NCBI GenBank assembly: GCA_965218705.1
Contig: OZ244652.1
Coordinates: forward strand, 192,327 to 256,326
Direction: 5' to 3'
DNA length: 64,000 bases
Source: Chthoniobacterales bacterium
Lineage (GTDB): Bacteria > Verrucomicrobiota > Verrucomicrobiia > Chthoniobacterales > UBA10450
In this document: in pieces, positions 19,667 to 28,505 of the stretch
How the letters are laid out: every line of letters begins with the position of its first letter
How positions within the stretch are numbered: the stretch's first letter is position 1
Notes under the pieces: generated by a model
Databases searched by the model: none
Told to the model about the DNA's origin: nothing
The model's input: the letters and a program-made list of their open reading frames with translations, nothing else
Position numbers and translations under genes: made by a program

Positions 19667-21124
19667 ATGAATGTTCCAATGGCCGACCTTTTCTCCGACT
19701 ACGAGGTCGACGATTTCTTCGACGAGATGTTTTCCGCTTCCGGGGAGGCGCGTCCTCATTACAGCAGGTTACTCGCGAGCTTCAAGGAAATGGGCCCGGC
19801 CGACTTCGAGCGGAAGCGCGACCTGGCGGCCGCTAGTTTTCTCACACAGGGCGTCACTTTCACGGTCTACAACGACGACCAGGGCACGGAGCGGATTTTT
19901 CCTTTCGACCTCATCCCGCGCATCATCCCCGAACGGGAATGGGAAAAGGTAGAACGCGGTCTCGTCCAACGCATCACTGCGCTCAACCTTTTTCTGCACG
20001 ACATCTATCACGGCCAAAACATCCTGCGCGACGGAGTCATCCCGAAGCAGATCGTCTGGCAGGCCGCCCATTTCCGGCCGGAGTTCATGCACTTCGATGT
20101 GCCACGGAACATCTACATTCACATCTGCGGCACAGACCTTATCCGCGACCGCGAGGGTAACTATCTGGTTCTGGAAGATAACGCCCGTTGTCCTTCCGGC
20201 GTTTCGTATGTGCTGGAAAACCGCCAGGCCATGAAGCGGGTCTTCCCGCACTTATTTGGCGAATACCGAGTGCGCCCCGTGGAAAGCTACGCCCAGGAGC
20301 TTCTTAACGTTCTCCGTTATATCGCACCGGACGGGAGCCAGGAGCCAACCGTCGTTCTGCTCACTCCTGGGGTGTATAACTCCGCCTACTACGAGCACTC
20401 CTTTCTCGCTCGCTCCATGGGTATCGAGATTGTGGAAGGCCGAGACCTGGTCATGCAGGATGGTTGTATCTACATGCGCACCACCAAAGGGCTGAAGAAG
20501 GTCGATGTTATCTATCGGCGGATTAATGATGACTTCCTGGATCCACGAATCTTTCGCAAAGATTCTGGTCTGGGCGTCCCAGGTTTGGTTGACGCCCATC
20601 GTCGTGGCTGTGTCAGCCTGGCCAATTCGATCGGAACCGGTGTAGCCGATGATAAGGTGGTCTATCACTACGTGCCGAAGATGATCCGCTACTATCTAAA
20701 GCAGGATCCGATTCTCGAAAACGTCCCGACCTACCTGGCGTCCGAGCCGAGCGACCTGAAGTATATCCTCGAGCACTTGCCGGAATTAGTCATTAAGTCG
20801 GCCAACGAGAGCGGCGGTTACGGGATGTTGATCGGTTCCCAGGCGAGCGCGAGCGAGCTGGAAGACTTTGCCGCGCGTTTACGTCAAGATCCGCGTAACT
20901 ATGTCGCGCAACCAATTATCGCCCTCTCCCGCTCTCCCAGTTTTTGCGAGGGCTCCGTCCAGGGAAGGCATGTCGATCTCAGGCCCTATATCCTCTCGGG
21001 AGAGAAGGTCACCATCATCCCCGGTGGACTGACACGGGTGGCATTACGCGAAGGCTCGCTCGTTGTTAACTCTTCGCAAGGTGGGGGAAGCAAGGATACG
21101 TGGGTGGTGGAGGGGGAGGAATAG
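19667..21124 (+). CDS. Circularly permuted type-2 ATP-grasp protein (COG2308 type)
   Basis: 485 aa with the typical family N-terminus (FDEM...GEARPHY..L) and length. Followed by an alpha-E domain gene as in the known conserved pair. Confidence 0.8.
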   Translation: MNVPMADLFSDYEVDDFFDEMFSASGEARPHYSRLLASFKEMGPADFERKRDLAAASFLTQGVTFTVYNDDQGTERIFPFDLIPRIIPEREWEKVERGLVQRITALNLFLHDIYHGQNILRDGVIPKQIVWQAAHFRPEFMHFDVPRNIYIHICGTDLIRDREGNYLVLEDNARCPSGVSYVLENRQAMKRVFPHLFGEYRVRPVESYAQELLNVLRYIAPDGSQEPTVVLLTPGVYNSAYYEHSFLARSMGIEIVEGRDLVMQDGCIYMRTTKGLKKVDVIYRRINDDFLDPRIFRKDSGLGVPGLVDAHRRGCVSLANSIGTGVADDKVVYHYVPKMIRYYLKQDPILENVPTYLASEPSDLKYILEHLPELVIKSANESGGYGMLIGSQASASELEDFAARLRQDPRNYVAQPIIALSRSPSFCEGSVQGRHVDLRPYILSGEKVTIIPGGLTRVALREGSLVVNSSQGGGSKDTWVVEGEE

Positions 21125-21142
21125 TGACTCGTCACTCTTTTT

Positions 21143-22105
21143 ATGCTAAGCCGAGTCGCTGATTCTCTTTACTGGATGAGCCGCTACATCGAGCGGGCAG
21201 AAAATGACGCTCGTATTCTCGATGTGAACCTCCAGCTGCTTCTCGACCTCGGAGGCGAGGCGGATGCCATGCAGCACTGGGCGCCGGTCATCGCCTCGCT
21301 CGAGGAAACCGATCTCTTTGATTCGCTTTATGAGGCAGCCGATGAGCAATCGGTGACTGAGTTCCTGAGCCTGCAGAAAAAGAACCCGAATTCGATTATC
21401 TCCTGTCTTACGCTGGCGCGCGAGAATGCCCGCACCACGCGAGAACAGATTTCCAGTGAGATGTGGGAAGAGATCAACGGTCTCTATCTCTTTGTCCAGA
21501 GCAAGGAAGCCAGGGAATTGCTGCAAACGAGCTCGCATGAATTTTTTAAGCGAGTGATTACCGACTCACATCTATTTCAGGGTGTAACCAGCGCAACCAT
21601 GACTCAGGGCGAGGGCTGGGAGTTTATTCGCATCGGCACTTTGCTCGAGCGGGCTGATTGCACTTCTCGCATTCTGGACGTGAAGTATCACATCTTGCTT
21701 CCCTCCGGCGAAAACGTCGGCGGGAACGTCGATACCATTCAATGGATGGCTGTCCTAAAGTCTTGCAGCGCGCTAGAGGCTTACTGCAAACTCTACGTTA
21801 GTCAGGTAGCGCCCTGGAAGGTGACGGAGTTTCTGATTACCCATCAGGAATTCCCGCGTTCCATTCGCTATTGCATCGACTTGCTCGATGAGTCCCTTCA
21901 TCGCATCTCGGGGGTGGACGAAAGCCGTTACGGAAATGAAGCGGAACGCCTCTCCGGCCGTCTGCGTTCGGATGTCGATTATGCGACGATCGGGGAGATC
22001 TTTGAATACGGCCTGCATGAATATCTGGAGGAGATCCAAAAGCGTCTCGTCGAGGTCAGCAACGCCATGCATGCGACCTATTGCGCAAGCCTGAGCACGA
22101 CCTAG
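21143..22105 (+). CDS. Alpha-E domain protein (COG2307 type)
   Basis: 320 aa with the MLSRVADSLYWMSRYIERAEN N-terminus characteristic of the family. Confidence 0.8.
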   Translation: MLSRVADSLYWMSRYIERAENDARILDVNLQLLLDLGGEADAMQHWAPVIASLEETDLFDSLYEAADEQSVTEFLSLQKKNPNSIISCLTLARENARTTREQISSEMWEEINGLYLFVQSKEARELLQTSSHEFFKRVITDSHLFQGVTSATMTQGEGWEFIRIGTLLERADCTSRILDVKYHILLPSGENVGGNVDTIQWMAVLKSCSALEAYCKLYVSQVAPWKVTEFLITHQEFPRSIRYCIDLLDESLHRISGVDESRYGNEAERLSGRLRSDVDYATIGEIFEYGLHEYLEEIQKRLVEVSNAMHATYCASLSTT

Positions 22106-22137
22106 GAATCATTTCATAGGCCGGCATCCTACTCCTA

Positions 22138-22204
22138 CTCGTCCTCGTCCTCGTCCTCGAACGGCAGAGGAGCATCGAGGACGAGGACGAGGGACGAGGA
22201 CGAG
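22138..22204. terminator. Long GC-rich hairpin (hexamer-periodic REP) between convergent genes
   Basis: ctcgtcctcgtcctcgtcctcga (22138-22160) pairs with tcgaggacgaggacgag(g)gacgag (22175-22198). 14-nt loop and no T-run; abuts the stop at 22205. Confidence 0.5.
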
Positions 22205-22711
22205 TCAGAGCTTACGAGAATCGTAAGCCCAATGTAAGAGCGCCTGGCGCTGTCTCGGCCGGCAATTTAAATCTCCGCGACGACAATGTTTCTTGAGCTG
22301 GGCTATATGCCGCCGGACGGCGCGCCAGCGTTTGATCTGGCGTTGATCATCCGGGCAGCGTCGTCCCATATAATAGCGACAGTACCATTGAAACCATCCG
22401 CGCGGATCCTCCTCGTAAAGCCAGCCTTTCTCACGCCAGACAGCTAAAGGTTGCGAAGCATTGACCTTAAAGCAGTTCAAAGCCGGGTTGTGGCGTTCCG
22501 GGCAGAGCTTGGCGCGCGCAAACCAGCCATCCGGGAATTCGCCCTGACAATCCGTCATGTACCGCCCGCCAAAGTCACCCAGCCGGAGCATCTGTTCGGG
22601 AGTGAGCTCGGGCTTGAAGCCCAGCGCAAAGTCTTTGCCGGCAGGCTTGGTCAAGAGATACTCGTAACCTGTCTGCATTCGGTCGTTAACGTTGATTCGC
22701 TTCGGTTTCAT
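22205..22711 (-). CDS. Conserved hypothetical Cys/Trp-rich cytosolic protein
   Basis: Met at 22711 (MKPKRINV...). Upstream of that the ORF-track frame overlaps the neighbouring membrane-protein gene. No family assignable from memory. Confidence 0.55.
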   Translation of the reverse strand: MKPKRINVNDRMQTGYEYLLTKPAGKDFALGFKPELTPEQMLRLGDFGGRYMTDCQGEFPDGWFARAKLCPERHNPALNCFKVNASQPLAVWREKGWLYEEDPRGWFQWYCRYYMGRRCPDDQRQIKRWRAVRRHIAQLKKHCRRGDLNCRPRQRQALLHWAYDSRKL

Positions 22712-22749
22712 TCGCTGAACAAATAGGTCGATGACGGCGGTGCGCCCCG

Positions 22750-23301
22750 TTAGGGTGGACCGGATTGTTCGATGTTCATCAATCTCGGGCCAACCCTTTG
22801 CCCGACGTATTTGATGGATTGGAAGAGCATCCAGTAGAAGAGTCCCACTGCGACTACCGTGATAGCGGCGGTCGCCCAATGCACAGTGCGCATGCGAGCC
22901 AGGGTCGGCGCGAAGGCAATCACACCGAAAAGGCTCAGTAGCACGATGACGGCGTCGAAACTGGCTCGTTGCCAATAACCGCCCCCCAGGTGCAGCCACA
23001 TGCCGAATTCATCGAAAGTCAGCGCCATGCCCAGGCCGTAGAGCACCGCGCAAACTTGCCGCATCCAGCTGCTGGGCCGGCCCGTGAAGACCAGCACTCC
23101 ACCCACCGCGGAGAGGAGAAAGATCCCATAGTTCAGGTGATGCACGTGCGTTCCGCCCAGGTGTAGGAAGAAGTCTGGGATTCGTCGCGTCATGATCAGG
23201 ATGACGAGGACGCGGGAAGCGATAAAAGTGAGGAGAAAGGTCGTGAAGGTGACTCGGGCGAGCCGGCGCATCGGGATGTTTGGTGGGGTAGTCGGACTCA
23301 T
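22750..23301 (-). CDS. Integral membrane protein (about 5 TM), unknown function
   Basis: Hydrophobic helices run throughout. I chose the Met at 23301. Confidence 0.55.
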   Translation of the reverse strand: MSPTTPPNIPMRRLARVTFTTFLLTFIASRVLVILIMTRRIPDFFLHLGGTHVHHLNYGIFLLSAVGGVLVFTGRPSSWMRQVCAVLYGLGMALTFDEFGMWLHLGGGYWQRASFDAVIVLLSLFGVIAFAPTLARMRTVHWATAAITVVAVGLFYWMLFQSIKYVGQRVGPRLMNIEQSGPP

Positions 23302-23305
23302 CGCT

Positions 23306-23746
23306 TCAATTCGGAATTTTGGCAGTGGGGCTGGCCCTGGGCGAAGGGGTGGGCGACGAGGTCGGGGCTTCACCCGATCCGAAAGGAGTTGACTCCGGCT
23401 GGGCCTTTAGCCTTTCGCTGATTTGCGCGGCCAGCCGCCGTGTCTTGGCTTTGTCGGATCCATTTTTGGTGGCTTTAACGAAGTCATCCGTCTCGCGCCT
23501 CAACGCCGCATCCGTCTGCTGGCACAGCGCTTCGATCTTTGCTTTTAACCCGGCTGTGGCTTCCTCCTCGTTTTCGGCGCGACTTTCAGGAAAACCCTCG
23601 GGCGGCATAACGCCCTCTGCAATTTTCTCCGGCCAGGTCGGCATTTTCCAAATCGGGCTCGGTGCAGGCGTCGGGGTTGTCACCGGAGCGGCGAGCAACG
23701 GACTAACGAGGGCGAATATGATTGGGGCGAGGCAGCGTCGTGACAT
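23306..23746 (-). CDS. Hypothetical secreted protein
   Basis: Signal-like MSRRCLAPIIFALVSPLLAAP followed by a low-complexity remainder. Confidence 0.4.
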   Translation of the reverse strand: MSRRCLAPIIFALVSPLLAAPVTTPTPAPSPIWKMPTWPEKIAEGVMPPEGFPESRAENEEEATAGLKAKIEALCQQTDAALRRETDDFVKATKNGSDKAKTRRLAAQISERLKAQPESTPFGSGEAPTSSPTPSPRASPTAKIPN

Positions 23747-23844
23747 CCTGGTCTTTCCGTTCAGGCTACACAAAGCGGCGCGCGCCAGCCAGCCCAGTCC
23801 TTGCCCAAGCCGCCCGCGGATGCCATCTTTGCCGCCTCGCGCGC

Positions 23845-23916
23845 GCCGAAGTAGCTCAGTGGTAGAGCAGCTGATTCGTAATCAGCAGGTCGCGGGTTCA
23901 ATCCCCGCCTTCGGCT
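23845..23916 (+). tRNA. tRNA-Thr (anticodon CGU)
   Basis: Manual cloverleaf: acceptor gccgaag/cttcggc, D arm gctc-agtggta-gagc, anticodon arm gctga-ttCGTaa-tcagc, variable loop aggtc, T arm gcggg-ttcaatc-cccgc, discriminator t. 72 nt, CCA not encoded. Confidence 0.9.
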
Positions 23917-23926
23917 CTCCGACTTC

Positions 23927-24494
23927 ATGAATCCTTCCGAGCTGGAAACTGGCGTGGCCACCATCGCGCGGCGTTTGCGGCGTGGCCCGGAGATTCCGCC
24001 TGGCGTTTATCTCGCGCCCACCGCAACCGTTCTTGGAGAGGTATTGTTAGGCGAGGAAGCCAGCGTCTGGTTCGGCGCGGTCTTGCGGGGCGATATCAAC
24101 CGGATCGCGGTGGGCACGCGCAGCAACATCCAGGATAACGCCATCGTGCACGTCTCGGGGCGAATTCCCTGCTCTCATTGGCGAGTTGGTCACGGTGGGG
24201 CACGGCGCCATCGTTCATGCCTGCACGGTTGGGAACGAAGTGCTTGTCGGCATGGGCGCGATCATTCTCGACGGCGCGGAGATCGGGGAGCGTTCCATCA
24301 TTGGCGCTCAGGCTCTCGTGACGGCGAGAACCAGGATACCGCCCGGATCGCTCGTGCTGGGGTCTCCCGGCAAGGTCGTCCGGCAATTGGACACGGCGGA
24401 GCAGGAAAGAATCGCGCATTGGGCCCATAAATATGTCGAGGTTGCCCGGGCCTTTACCGCCGAGCGGCCGGCCCGCCCCGGGAGCGAATCCTAG
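23927..24494 (+). pseudogene. Gamma-class carbonic anhydrase / hexapeptide-repeat protein (YrdA/PaaY-like), frameshifted
   Basis: The N-terminal frame reads ...NIQDNAIVHVSG and the C-terminal frame ...GEFPALIGELVTVGHGAIVHAC.... The two join if one G of the GGGG run at 24157-24160 is removed. Confidence 0.75.
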
Positions 24495-25583
24495 CGCAGA
24501 CGCAGAGCGAGCTCGCGCGCGCGGGTTCCGAGTAGGGAGGACGTTTCGCGAAAGTCCAGGCTCAAATCATCCAGCGTGAGGACAGCATCGAAGAGCGAAC
24601 GCACGTCGGGTTGATTCGTGGCCTGCCCTACGATCGCGTAAACGGGTTTGCCCAGTTCCCGCGCCAGCCGGGCGACCCCGGCAGGCGCTTTGCCGGCCGG
24701 AGTTTGACCATCCAGTTTGCCCTCGCCCGTGACCACGAAGTCGGCGCGCTCGATTTTTTCTCGTAGACCGACGGCTTCCGCTACGACATCAAAACCGGGC
24801 CTTAGCTCGGCGTGGGCGAAAGCCGCGAGACCGAAGCCAAGACCACCGGCCGCTCCCGCTCCGGGCGCAGCACGGTGATCGCGACCGATGGTTTGTGCCG
24901 CGATCTCGGCGAGACGCAGCAGGGCGCGTTCGAGAATTTCGATCTCTGCGGGGCCAGCCCCTTTTTGCGGACCGAACACGCGGGTTGCTCCCTCGGGTCC
25001 GAGCAGGGGATTGCTGACATCATAGGCGGCCACCACAGACGGAAGATCGAGGTCGTTAGGCGGGACGATTTGATCTAAATTCGTTAGGGCGGACACCTCC
25101 TCCGCAAGGTTGTGCCCCGCCCGATCGAGAAAGCGGAAACCGAGCGCACGCGCGAGGCCGAAGCCGCCGTCGTTGGTCGCGCTGCCGCCGAGGCCGACGA
25201 CAATCTGGGCGCAACCCTGCGCCGCGGCATGCCGCAACATTCCGCCCACCCCGAAGGTGGAGAGCTGAAGCGGCTGCCGTTCCTCCGGCGCAAGCAGGCC
25301 TCCGCCGGCCGCCGCGCTCATTTCGATAATGGCCTAACGAATCAATCCAGGCGTAGCGAGCTTCGATCGCGTGGCCGTGCGCGTCGTGCGTCGGACAGTA
25401 TTTCCGGGTTCCGCCTTGCGCCAGGGCGATGACCCCCGCGGTGCCTTCGCCGCCATCTGCAACCGGCACGATCTCGAGCTCGGCCGTCGGGGAAACGGCT
25501 CGCCACCCCGTCGCGATGGCCTGCGCGACCGCTTCCGCGCCTAACGCACCCTTGAACTTGTCCGGCGCGATCAGAATGCGCAT
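24491..25583 (-). pseudogene. glxK: Glycerate kinase, frameshifted
   Basis: The N-terminal frame is MRILIAPDKFKG...PVADGGEGT...ARYAWIDSLG. The C-terminal frame is AIIEMSAAAGGGLL...GGSATNDGG...ITGEG. The shift falls at about 25329-25333, directly beside a GGCCTAACGA copy. Confidence 0.8.
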
Positions 25584-25723
25584 ATCACATTCATCTCACG
25601 AGCGGCCGAGACCTGCGACTCCGGTCTGCGCTCGCCGATGGGACGAGGACGGGCTATCTCACTGCGAAGCGGGCGGCGGCTCGCTCGTTCCCCGTCCGGT
25701 TCGGAAGATCCGCAATTCCATCC

Positions 25724-27076
25724 GTGCACACTTTGGCATCTTATACTTTCGTTAGGCGACTGAGTCGCGAAGCCAGGTTGACGGCTGCGCTGGCGCTCCC
25801 GCTCGCAGCGGGGCAAGTCAGCCAGATTTTCATCTCGCTGGCCGACACGCTCATGGTGGGGCGGCTTGGGGTGCTCCCGCTGGCTGCGGCCACTTTCGCT
25901 AATAACGTCCTCTACGTGCCCTTTATTTTTGGTCTCGGGTTTTCCATGGCCATTTCTATTCGTGTCTCGCAAGCGCGCGGGGCTGGAGACAGACCGGCCG
26001 CGCGGGCGGCCCTGCGGCACGGTCTCTATCTCGCGCTGGGACTCGGCGTTTTCATCGTCATGGGCGGTTGGGCCTTGCAACCTTTCCTGGGAATTTTTAG
26101 GCAGGCTCCGGGGGTGGTCGAGTCGGTCCCGCGCTATTTCAATCTCGTCGCCGTTTCGATGATCCCGGCGCTGGGGACGATGGCGGTCAAGAATCACGCC
26201 GACGCGATGAACCGGCCGTGGACGCCGTTTTGGATCATGCTGGCGGCGGGCGCGCTGAATGTTCTCTTTAACTGGATCTTCATTTATGGAAAGTTCGGTG
26301 CGCCGCGCATGGGACTGGACGGTGCGGGAGTGGCGACGTTGCTCTCACGAGTGCTGATGTTCGCTGCCATCATTTGGTGGTGTCGGCGGGCCCAGACGGT
26401 GCGCGATTGGGTGCCGGTCCATTGGTTCCGCACGCCGGAATGGCCGGCGGTGCGTGATCTCGTTCGGGTAGGTTGGCCAGCGAGTCTGCAATTGCTCGCG
26501 GAAGTGAGTGCGTTTGTCATGGTGGCACTCCTCATCGGCACGCTCGGCCCGGCCGCGCTCGCCTCGCACCAGGTGGCGATGACTTGCGCCGCGACCATCT
26601 TTATGGTGCCGCTCGGTCTTTCCATGGCGCTTACCGTGAGAATGGGCGAAGCCTGGGGCGCGCACGAGTTTGAGCGCTTGCGCGCCATTCTGGTTAGCGG
26701 TTGGGGGCTAGTGCTGGCGTTTACCCTCTGCAGCGCGCAGGCCTTTCTCTTTTTCAATCACACCATCGCCAGTTGGTTCCTGACAGAGCCGACGGCCGCG
26801 TCGTTGGCGGCCAGTCTGCTCTTAATTTCAGCGGCCTTTCAAGTGAGCGACGCGATGCAGGTCTCGGCGGGCGGGGCTTTGCGTGGTTTGGGCGATGTCA
26901 AAGTGCCGGCCTGGCTGGCTTTCGTGGCCTACTGGGTCGTCGCCATCCCCTTGGGCTGGTGGCTCGCCTTCCGCGCGGCCTGGGGCGTGGCTGGGATGTG
27001 GTGGGGTATCACTTTCGGTCTCACTTTCACCGCGCTCGCTCTCGGCGTGCGAGTTTGGCGCAAGACCGCTGCTTGA
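25724..27076 (+). CDS. MATE-family efflux transporter
   Basis: 450 aa, 12 TM, NorM-like N-terminus (AALALPLAAGQVSQ...MVGRLG). GTG start. Confidence 0.88.
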   Translation: MHTLASYTFVRRLSREARLTAALALPLAAGQVSQIFISLADTLMVGRLGVLPLAAATFANNVLYVPFIFGLGFSMAISIRVSQARGAGDRPAARAALRHGLYLALGLGVFIVMGGWALQPFLGIFRQAPGVVESVPRYFNLVAVSMIPALGTMAVKNHADAMNRPWTPFWIMLAAGALNVLFNWIFIYGKFGAPRMGLDGAGVATLLSRVLMFAAIIWWCRRAQTVRDWVPVHWFRTPEWPAVRDLVRVGWPASLQLLAEVSAFVMVALLIGTLGPAALASHQVAMTCAATIFMVPLGLSMALTVRMGEAWGAHEFERLRAILVSGWGLVLAFTLCSAQAFLFFNHTIASWFLTEPTAASLAASLLLISAAFQVSDAMQVSAGGALRGLGDVKVPAWLAFVAYWVVAIPLGWWLAFRAAWGVAGMWWGITFGLTFTALALGVRVWRKTAA

Positions 27077-27105
27077 CTCCGCCCCTTTCTGCCGAATCGA
27101 TAGGG

Positions 27106-27909
27106 ATGACGCCCATCGCCAGGTCGATTCCCTATTTCGAGGTCTTTGCCTTTACCCAGCGCATGTTCGCGGGGAATCCGGCGGCGGTTTGTCTTCTGGA
27201 AGAATGGTTGCCTAACGATCAACTGCAGGCCATCGCCGCGCAGAACGATCTTCCCGAAACCGCCTTCCTGCTCGCGCGCCACGATCATTACGAGTTGCGC
27301 TGGATGACGCCTACGATCGAGGTGGAACTGTGTGGTCACGCAACCCTGGCTTCGGCGCACGTTCTCTTTCACCACTTGGGTGATACGGGCGAGACGATTT
27401 GTTTTCGCACGCAGAGCGGCGAGCTGCAGGTTGAGCGAAACGGCGACCGCCTCGTGCTCGACTTTCCTTCGCGTCCCGCCCGAGAAGTCGAGCCTAACGA
27501 AGAAGTCAACGCGGCCTTGGGTGGCGCGGAGCCCATCCAGATGTTGCGTGAGCGTGATTACTGCGCGGTCTTTGCCTCCGAGGCAGAGGTCGCTGCCCTT
27601 CAGCCGAATTTTGAAAAACTGGCGCGCCTCGACACGCAAGGCGTCCTGGTGACTGCGCCGGGGAAAGATTGCGATTTTGTCTCCCGTTACTTCGCGCCGG
27701 CGGCGGGCATTCCGGAAGATCCGGTCACCGGCTCGACCCACTGCACGCTCATCCCTTACTGGTCAGAGCAACTTGGAAAAAAGGAACTGCACGCGCGGCA
27801 AATTTCTCTGCGCGGCGGCGAGCTCTTCTGCGAAGATCGCGGCGACCGGGTCGGCATCGGCGGTCACGCGCTTAGCTATGTCGAAGGCAAACTCTACTTT
27901 TCTGCCTAA
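27106..27909 (+). CDS. PhzF-family isomerase/epimerase
   Basis: 267 aa from the Met at 27106, with FEVFAF...FAGNPAAV, ETAFL and a second-half GTHC-like STHC. The upstream part of the 402-aa ORF is an alternate frame of the MATE gene. Confidence 0.85.
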   Translation: MTPIARSIPYFEVFAFTQRMFAGNPAAVCLLEEWLPNDQLQAIAAQNDLPETAFLLARHDHYELRWMTPTIEVELCGHATLASAHVLFHHLGDTGETICFRTQSGELQVERNGDRLVLDFPSRPAREVEPNEEVNAALGGAEPIQMLRERDYCAVFASEAEVAALQPNFEKLARLDTQGVLVTAPGKDCDFVSRYFAPAAGIPEDPVTGSTHCTLIPYWSEQLGKKELHARQISLRGGELFCEDRGDRVGIGGHALSYVEGKLYFSA

Positions 27910-27924
27910 CGAAACTCAGTATTC

Positions 27925-28365
27925 CTATAGTTTCTTTCCGGTGAAATGCTGCAGACGTTCAGCGAGGTCAGGGGAGGCGACAAACACGAAGGCGCGCCCG
28001 CTCTTCCTGGACTCGAGGAATCGTTGATCGACCAAGTCCAACAAGTCGGTCCGGGCGGTCTGGTAGACGACGCGGTGGCTGCGGCGATGGCCACCGATGG
28101 TGTAACGATAACCGGGATGTCGTAAGGCGTGAGCCAGAAGCGTCTGCTGGCGAAGGTTGAGACCCGCCTCCCTCAGGAGAATATCCGTTTCGCGCAGCTC
28201 ATCGCTCTTATGTTGGATGTAATCGTGCAGCGACTGGATCGCCCGCCGAATGACGTCGCACTGATAGCGGAGAAAATAAGTGGATTTTCGGCAAGCGCCA
28301 AAACCTGCTGCTGGCAGTGGAGGGTTGGAGTCGTAAACCGACCCTAGAACACTAATTTAATACTA
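27925..28365 (-). pseudogene. 3' remnant of a Fic/DOC-family gene (C-terminal winged-helix part only)
   Basis: Open frame of 146 codons with no Met or other start. It reads ...LREAGLNLRQQTLLAHALRHPGYRYTIGGHRRSHRVVYQTARTDLLDLVDQRFLESRKSGRAFVF.... The HPFxxGNGR core is absent and the frame opens directly after a TAA inside the AT-rich patch. Confidence 0.55.
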
Positions 28366-28450
28366 ACAGATACTAAATTAGTATTTCGTCCCACAGTAAG
28401 TTACTAATTTAATAACTCTTAGTAAATGGTTTACATTTCAGATCTGGGCG
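28350..28450. repeat. AT-rich patch with phased ACTAA repeats and a 15-bp palindrome
   Basis: ACTAA at 28360, 28371, 28381 and 28412, with TTAGT at 28387 and 28428. The 12-mer ACTAATTTAATA occurs at 28360 and 28412. Palindrome atactaaattagtat at 28379-28393. Local GC is far below the window average. Confidence 0.7.
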
Positions 28451-28505
28451 ATTCACGCACGATATGGGAGATAATCCGCTGAGTACGCTATTAGGCGCGG
28501 CGCCC

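Noticed and set aside
23845-23916. tRNA-Thr as the attachment site of an integrated island
   Set aside because: No integrase, no direct repeat of the tRNA 3' end and no phage or conjugation genes lie within several kb on either side.
26701-27909. 402-aa ORF
   Set aside because: The first 135 codons are an alternate frame of the 3' end of the MATE gene. The PhzF-family similarity starts at the Met at 27106.
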